Shown here one piece after another: positions 57,573 through 64,000 of a stretch of DNA of 64,000 nt (positions are counted from its first letter, which is position 1; each line of letters opens with the position of its first letter). The notes under the pieces are model-generated. The model was not told the DNA's origin. It worked only from the letters and a program-made list of their open reading frames with translations, and made no database searches. Source of the DNA: Candidatus Latescibacterota bacterium (GTDB lineage Bacteria > Latescibacterota > UBA2968 > UBA8231); assembly GCA_965204725.1 (NCBI GenBank), contig OZ242005.1, forward strand, positions 1,088,001 through 1,152,000. Reading direction: 5' to 3'. Position numbers and translations under genes: made by a program.

Positions 57573-60500
57573 CTATATATGTTTTTTGTTTTTCTGCACA
57601 TCCAACTCCGGCAACCCCTTCACGATCTCCACCGTCTCCAAGCTCACCGTAATCACCTTGCCGATTAGTTTGACGATGTATTGCGGCTCGTCCCCTCGAT
57701 TCGGATCATTGATGATGCCGCTTCGTTTGTCTGTCTTGACGCGATACTGGTCAATTACCCATTCCAACGCCGAGCGATTCCCGAGTTGATAATCATAAGT
57801 TTCCGGTGGAATCTCGTCGAGTGTCAAGAAGTCGTTGTACTTGATATGCGTCTTGTCTTTGGATAGGCGCATTTTCTCTACGCGCCAGTCGAGCGGCGCG
57901 TCCGGGTTTTCGATGAAGTTGAGCCGATGTTCGGGTTGGGCTTCATAGCCGACGTGGAGTTCTGCCAAGCGTTGCCCCGCTTTGGCAAAGGCCCAGAAGT
58001 CCGGGGCGTAAGGGATGTGCGGCAAGTCTCGCTTGAGGTTGGCTTGGTATCGCGTCCGGTATTCCGGGTGGTGGAGCAAGCCATAGACGTAGTGGAAGAT
58101 GGCGCATTTGGTGATGGTGTCGTCGCTGTAATGCGAGCGGAATTGGGTCAAGGCCCAGTCGGTGATGTTCTCGCGGCGGTTGCTGCCGTCCTCGTCGTAG
58201 ATGTAGAAGGAGAAGCATTGGGTTTTTTCAAGTATGTCAAGACACGGAATCATAGAAGCCATCAGGGTTTGAAAAGGTTTGTTACTTCCGATGCCACTGA
58301 CACAAATCACTCGATTTTCTTTTTCTGTCTCAGGTATGGGGAAGATGGAGGGGAAAGCGTACACCCTCTCGTTCATCAATCGGTCAAAGTAGAGGTTCGG
58401 TTTCGTGAATGGACGATAGGATGATACCCTTATCTTTTTTTCTGAAAAATTAGCGGTTCTCCCTCTTGCTAAGTTTCGTTTAAGGGCCTCGCTCCACTTG
58501 ATTTTTTGATCATCAGAAGTCACAAAGTCATCGATATTTGCATCTTGATCCGTCCGTTGTTTCCATCTGGATCTCTGCTCGTTGTAGGTATCAATCATCC
58601 GCTTCATGTTACCAGTGAGCACATTTCGATCAAAGTTGTACGCCCAATCATTGCGGCTCGTGTTGACACCAAGGCTATAAATCTTAAATATCACATCCGC
58701 TCCCTCGCCCTTCTTCGCCTTTGCTTCCCGACTTCCCATCGGCACAAAAATTTCAAATCCTGTGTCGAGTCCTTCCGTGAGCCATGTATGTTGTCTGTCT
58801 GGCGTTATTGGTTTCCATTCGACGTTGCGGTAGTGTTCCTTTGAAGCAAGATAGCGATACTTTTCTTCTTTGCGCCAGAACTCGTCAACACGAGCGTAAG
58901 AAATTTTGGTAGGGGAATTTGCACTGTCGTTCTTTTTGATAAAGATGTTAATGCTCACACCGACTTGGATTCCAAAGACGTTGTGCGTCGTGCCGGAGAG
59001 CTTTGGATTTTTGCGAACATTCCCGCTCAAATCGAGAATGTAAATCGCGTCAAAATCATCTGCCAAATGTTTTCGCATTCCGTCAAATGCCACGCCTTCG
59101 AGAAATCCATTGTTCGTTACCAGCGCGATAATGCCTTCATTTCCGATCCGGTCTGATGCCCACCGAATCGCTTTTACATAATGATCGGAGAGTTTACTTT
59201 TATTTGACGCCTTAGAGGCTCGCGAATACGTCTCCGCAACCCGCTTATCCATCGTCTCGTACTTCCGATTTTTGTTATTGTCGTTCTCGTTGACTTGGCC
59301 GACGTTGTAAGGCGGATTGCCGACAATCACAAACATTTCCGTTTCCTTTTGCCGTTCAACCCGCGCCGTGTTCTCCTCAGTAAACAACGCCAACTGATGC
59401 TCCTCGGCCAGTTCAAACGTATCGACCAAGCACAGCCCTTCAAACGGCTGATAACGCCCCGTCGCCTCGTAGAACTCGTGCTCAATGTTCATGGACGCGA
59501 TGTAGTAAGGCAACAGCATCACCTCGTTGCAGTGAAGCTCGGACGAATACTTGGCCTCCAGCGCAGTGCGGCGAATCTCGCGCATCATGCGGACGATGAA
59601 ATTACCCGTGCCGACAAACGGGTCGATGATGTGAACGCCCGCGTCCGAGAGCGAGCGACCAAACTCAGTCTGCAAAATCTGCTCAACACTTCTCGCCATA
59701 AAATCGACAATCGGCTGCGGCGTATAGACAATGCCGTGCGTATCGGCGACTTCCACTGAAAACCCCTGAAAAAACTGCTCATAAACCGTGTTGAGGAAAT
59801 GCTGCTTTTGAGAAAAGTCATGGATGGTTTCCGCTGTTCGCTCAATCGCGACATAGAAGCGGTCGAGGCTCTCGAGAAAATCGCGGCGGCTAAACGACTG
59901 AGACGTAAGCGCGTCAATGACCCGCTCGATCTCGTGGGCAATCACGTTGCGCCGCGTAAAATCGGGATTGCTAAAGACGGTGCGGAAAATCCGCTCGGTC
60001 AACAGATGCTGAACGAGCATCTCCTCAACAGCGGCTTGAGAAAGATTGGGATTGATGGACTGCCGACACTTATCGTAGAAATCCGCAAAGGCCGTGGTGA
60101 AGCGGCGGTTGGTCTGCCGCTCCCGTTGAATCAACGCCGCCAACCCTCGCCCAATGTCGGGAACCTTGTCCTTGAACTGAGCGACCGCCTCGTCCCATTC
60201 GGCAATCGCCGGCGGCCGGTGCGAAAAAAAGGCGTCGAGCGTCTGGACGAGTTGCGCTGGGTCGGTCAGATCAGCGTCGAGAACAAGGGCGTCGTTCTGC
60301 CACAAGATCGCTCGTTGGGGCGTTTGGAACAGGATGTTGTCGCTGGGATACCCAGCCGCAAACTTGCGCTGCACTTCGGCGGGCAAGTCGTCGTCTATGT
60401 CCTTAGCCTCCCAATAGCCATGCGGCAAATTAAACTCGTCGATCAGGGCACCATCGACGCGAATGCGCTTGTTCTGAGGGAGCGCGATAGAATGCTCCGG

Positions 60501-60662
60501 CACAAGCGTCCACCGAAACTGCTTCCCACACGTTTCAAGCAACGATTGAAACGCCGAGCGCACCGCAGTCTCATGCTCGACGCCGATCTGCTTAAAGGCA
60601 TCGAGCGATTCGTAGTACGCCGTAACGGGCTTGTGCGTGGGCTTGAGATTGAGAGTCGGCAT
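57573..60662 (-). CDS. Single-chain restriction-modification enzyme (Type ISP/IIG-like, no helicase domain seen)
   Basis: RVDG...YWEAKD nuclease, GIVYTP, DPFVGTGNF, GNPPY, YRPF, YVYGLLHHPEYR motifs. Confidence 0.9.
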   Translation of the reverse strand: MPTLNLKPTHKPVTAYYESLDAFKQIGVEHETAVRSAFQSLLETCGKQFRWTLVPEHSIALPQNKRIRVDGALIDEFNLPHGYWEAKDIDDDLPAEVQRKFAAGYPSDNILFQTPQRAILWQNDALVLDADLTDPAQLVQTLDAFFSHRPPAIAEWDEAVAQFKDKVPDIGRGLAALIQRERQTNRRFTTAFADFYDKCRQSINPNLSQAAVEEMLVQHLLTERIFRTVFSNPDFTRRNVIAHEIERVIDALTSQSFSRRDFLESLDRFYVAIERTAETIHDFSQKQHFLNTVYEQFFQGFSVEVADTHGIVYTPQPIVDFMARSVEQILQTEFGRSLSDAGVHIIDPFVGTGNFIVRMMREIRRTALEAKYSSELHCNEVMLLPYYIASMNIEHEFYEATGRYQPFEGLCLVDTFELAEEHQLALFTEENTARVERQKETEMFVIVGNPPYNVGQVNENDNNKNRKYETMDKRVAETYSRASKASNKSKLSDHYVKAIRWASDRIGNEGIIALVTNNGFLEGVAFDGMRKHLADDFDAIYILDLSGNVRKNPKLSGTTHNVFGIQVGVSINIFIKKNDSANSPTKISYARVDEFWRKEEKYRYLASKEHYRNVEWKPITPDRQHTWLTEGLDTGFEIFVPMGSREAKAKKGEGADVIFKIYSLGVNTSRNDWAYNFDRNVLTGNMKRMIDTYNEQRSRWKQRTDQDANIDDFVTSDDQKIKWSEALKRNLARGRTANFSEKKIRVSSYRPFTKPNLYFDRLMNERVYAFPSIFPIPETEKENRVICVSGIGSNKPFQTLMASMIPCLDILEKTQCFSFYIYDEDGSNRRENITDWALTQFRSHYSDDTITKCAIFHYVYGLLHHPEYRTRYQANLKRDLPHIPYAPDFWAFAKAGQRLAELHVGYEAQPEHRLNFIENPDAPLDWRVEKMRLSKDKTHIKYNDFLTLDEIPPETYDYQLGNRSALEWVIDQYRVKTDKRSGIINDPNRGDEPQYIVKLIGKVITVSLETVEIVKGLPELDVQKNKKHI

Positions 60663-60668
60663 TGTATT

Positions 60669-60828
60669 ATGGCTCGGTTGTCGTCGCTACGTCCGGGATC
60701 GAGGGCGTCCCGACGTGCGATCCTTATCTATGGTCGATTGTCCTAGCCGCCCCGATGGCTCGGTTGTCGCCGTTGCGTCCGGGATCGAGGGCGTCCCGCC
60801 CTCGCCGAGGGCAAGATGCCCTCGATCC
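60669..60828. repeat. 44-bp near-tandem direct repeat plus REP palindrome
   Basis: 60669-60712 vs 60755-60798 (3 mismatches); ggatcgagggc...gccctcgatcc palindrome at 60782-60828. Confidence 0.8.
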
Positions 60829-60930
60829 GTGGAGGCTGGTGTCGCGTAATAAGACTTTCATTATTATAAACACAGAACAACGTCAAGGGCCATCCAACTC
60901 GTCCGCCGCCCATCCTCGGAGGAAGCCGCC

Positions 60931-63248
60931 GTGCCTCCCGCACTCCAAATTCCGCTGTATCCCCGCCTGCTCAAAATCCTGCAAAGCGTCGGCGCGGTCC
61001 TCTCGCTCGCCAGTGCGCTCTCAGCCGAGTCGCTCCGCTTTGACGCGGCCAATGAGTGGCAGACTTGGCCCTTGCCGCTGGGGATTGTCGCGCTCGACGA
61101 CGCCGGAGTCATCCGCCCGGTCGAAATCCGCAAAAACCCCGACCCGGTGCGCGATGCCGCAGCCTTTGGCGGCGGAATTCACGCAGCAGGCTCCAACTCG
61201 CTGGCCGCAGCGCGAGCCATAGACGGAGATCAGCAAACCGGCTGGAGCCCCAACTTGGCCGACGACTTAGACGACTGGTGGATCGAGATCGACTTGGGAC
61301 GAGCCGTGGCCGCGCGGCGAGTAGTGCTGACCTTTTTGGAAACTGCGCCGCCGTGTGCGCTGTTCGACGTGTTGCTTTCCACCGGGGAGCCAGCCATCGA
61401 CGTAGTTGGCAACCCGATTGAAGGCAGCCTCGTGTACCGCGTGCAGGAGCGCTTCAAGGAAAACCAACGGCCGCAGGTCGCGCTAGAGCTAGACCCGGTG
61501 CGCGACCCGTTCGTGCAATTTATCCGCGTCGAAATGCTCGACTGTGGGGCCGACGCCGCACTGGCCGAGGTGGCGGTCGAAGCCATCGGCGACAACCTCG
61601 CCTTGGGGCTGGCGGACAAGGGCGGGGGCTTGGAACTCATCGTGGATATTGACGGCTTTGGCGACGCCGCGTCGTTTGCCAATGTGCTGCCGCTGGCCGA
61701 CGGCCGGTTTTCCCTGTGGACAGAAAACCGCCGCATCAACCGCTCGGTGGATGTAATCTCGCGCATGACGTTGGACTTGGGTGCGGTCTTTTGGGTGGAT
61801 TTAGTCCGCATCGTCGGGACTTTTTGTCGCGCCCGGGGCAATTCCGCTTCAACTTCGACCGCTACGAGGTGCTGACCGCAGATGGGTCGCTGGCACCAGA
61901 CGGCACGCGGATATGGCACCGGCAATTCGCCGGCAAGGCCACCATGTCCAATCGCCAGCTCGGGATCGCCAACCACCACTTCGCGCCGCTTGCGACGCGC
62001 TACGTGCGGGTCGAATGGGTGTTTTGGGACGCGGCCTGCGCGGCCGCTTGCGTGGGGTGCGGCATTGTGCCGCCCTGCCAGTTTTGGGGCGGTACGCGCG
62101 AGTTGCAGGTCTTTGGCGAGGGCTATCCGCAGCGGGTGGTGTTGCCCTCGCCCCTGATCGACTTAGGCGGCGACAAGCAGGTACACGCGATCCGCTGGCA
62201 GGCCGACGCGCCCGCCCAAACGCGGGTGGAAGTCCGCAGCCGCACCGGCAACGACCTGCAAATGGACATCACCTATCACGACAAAAACGGCCGGGTCGTT
62301 TCCGAGCGAAAGTACAACAAGCTCATTCCGTCCTTTAAGGGCCGGATTGACACCGCGCTTTCCCCAGGGGCCGATTGGAGTCCGTGGAGCAAGCTGTATT
62401 TGCAGCCGGGCGAGCCGTTCGCGTCGCCCTCGCCCCGCCGCTACGCCGAGTTGGAGGTCGCCTTGGTGTCCGAGCGGCCGGATGCGGGGGCGGCCTTGGA
62501 TTGGCTAGTGCTTGAGTTCGGCGACCCGGTGGCGCGCACCGTGGTGGGGGAGATTTTTCCGGTCGAGGTGCAGCCGGGGGAGCGGACCGAGTTTGCCTAT
62601 TACATTCGTCCGCAGCAGGTGGCCGGCCGCGGCTTTGACCACTTGGCGGTGGAGACCTCCGCGCCGATTGAGTTTGTCTCGGTGTTGGTTGAGGGCGAGG
62701 TGGTGGAAGCAACGGCGGAGCCAACGGAAGGGGGGCTGGCGGTCGCCTTAGCCGCGCCGGTTAAGAGCCGCCAGTTAGTGGAGCTGCGCTTTGCGGGAAC
62801 CGTGTTTGTCGATGCCACGCGCTTTGACGCCTTTATTGGCCAAGACCAAGTGCGGCAGCGAGTGGAGGCGGGCGATGCGTCCTCAGCAGTCGCCAGCAGT
62901 ACCAATGCCGTGCGCTTGCCCGTGGGAGCGCGGCTGTTGGCCAACGTGTCGATGGGGCCGCTGTGGTTGACTCCCAACGGCGACGGGGTCAACGACGCCC
63001 TACGAGTGGAATTCGACTTGGTCAATATGTTGGCCGCCCGGTCTATCGGCCTGCGGATTTTCGACCTTGCGGGGCGACTGGTGTGGGTGCGGGCAGAGGA
63101 GGGCCGGGCCGGTGGTCGGGCTTGGGTTTGGGACGGCCGGGGGCGTTGGGGGGCGCCGGTGGGGCCGGGGTTGTACATCGTAGAGTTGCGCGTTGAGGGG
63201 GACGAGCAAAGCTACAGTCGGCAGCGCGTGGTCGCCGTGGCGTACTAG
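60931..63248 (+). CDS. Secreted discoidin/FlgD-like protein (paralog of 44619-46583); frameshift at ~61816
   Basis: ORFs 60931-61875 and 61716-63248 join with +1 G (IVG|DFLSRPG); IDLG, WSPWS, TPNGDGVND motifs. Confidence 0.72.
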
Positions 63249-63291
63249 CGCTTGATTACCCAAAACCATCCCCCGCACAGGAGAACCGAAC

Positions 63292-63954
63292 ATGAGATTG
63301 ATCCTCGTAGGTTGCGAATACGCTGGTAAGACGACCTTGGCCAACGCCATCGTCGGTTGGATTGAACGCACCTTTGGCTCGTCGCGCACCTTCCACGACC
63401 ACTTCAGCCTGCCGTGCAACGAGTTTCCCGTAGAGGAACAGGAGCAACTGCTGGCCCTCAGCCCGCGGCTGAAGGAGATGTTCCAGCGCTACATGATGCA
63501 CTATCACTTCCACCCCGCCTTCTACAGCGACCCAGACCACAACTTGGTGGGTTTTCACATTGAAGAGGCCGTGTACGCGCCCCTGTACTACGGCTACGGC
63601 GGCCGAGGCGAGTACGCCGACCGCACCGCGCTGGCGCGTGCCCTTGACGAGGAGGTCATGCAGCACGCGCCCGACACGGTACTCGTGCTGCTGCGGGCGC
63701 GGCCCCAAGTCATTGCCCAGCGCATGCGCGATCAGCCACACAAGCGGCCGGTAGTGCAGGAAAAGGACATCGAACTCGTGTTGCAGCGCTTTGAGGAGGA
63801 ATACCGCGACTCGCTCATCCGCAAGAAGTTCGCCCTCGACACGTCCGACGCCACCGTGGAGCAGACCTTGGCCGAGTTCACAGGACAAATCAAAAAGCAC
63901 CTCAGCGACGCCGACCGCCTGCGCCTTTTGGCCCAGCAGAACTGGCCGACCTAG
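63292..63954 (+). CDS. P-loop nucleotide kinase-like protein
   Basis: GCEYAGKTT Walker A, LVLLRA...IAQR, LDTS motifs; RBS AGGAG. Confidence 0.75.
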   Translation: MRLILVGCEYAGKTTLANAIVGWIERTFGSSRTFHDHFSLPCNEFPVEEQEQLLALSPRLKEMFQRYMMHYHFHPAFYSDPDHNLVGFHIEEAVYAPLYYGYGGRGEYADRTALARALDEEVMQHAPDTVLVLLRARPQVIAQRMRDQPHKRPVVQEKDIELVLQRFEEEYRDSLIRKKFALDTSDATVEQTLAEFTGQIKKHLSDADRLRLLAQQNWPT

Positions 63955-63957
63955 GCC

Positions 63958-64000
63958 ATGCCGCAGCCCTTTCTCGACTGGTACGGCGTGTGGCCCGGCC
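63958..64000 (+). CDS. 5' fragment of the next ORF (cut by window edge)
   Basis: ATG 3 nt after the previous stop; open to the window end. Confidence 0.35.
   Translation, partial: MPQPFLDWYGVWPG

Noticed and set aside
60669-60798. Possible mini CRISPR array
   Set aside because: Only two 44-bp copies, the intervening sequence partly resembles the repeat, the unit is REP-like, and no cas genes are seen.

Overview
GC-rich bacterial chromosomal window. UBact-proteasome genes, FlgD/T9SS-like C-terminal domains and C-terminal (S/T)WGxLK motifs suggest a Latescibacterota/Poribacteria-like lineage; this is inference only. The backbone carries a dop-UBact-prcB-prcA-pafA operon, gatB, nadB, guaA, tyrS, tRNA-Val(TAC), two M6 metalloproteases, PhyH dioxygenases and secreted proteins. 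It is interrupted by many small lower-GC inserts with no integrase: MTases with an internally deleted NgoMIV-like REase, DUF3800 plus a structured RNA, TA pairs, a GHKL-HNH giant protein and an ~11 kb defence cluster. Highlights: (1) an uncharacterised two-gene module (Zn-motif/HEAT-repeat protein + PD-(D/E)XK nuclease) inside the RM cluster; (2) a complete predicted Tyr-leader-peptide attenuator upstream of tyrS; (3) cargo genes bracketed by duplicated pieces of neighbouring host sequence, with two cargo sets stacked in tandem at 50-57.8 kb; (4) a promoter-bearing three-way-junction sRNA convergent with DUF3800. All family assignments come from motif recognition by eye, not database searches.
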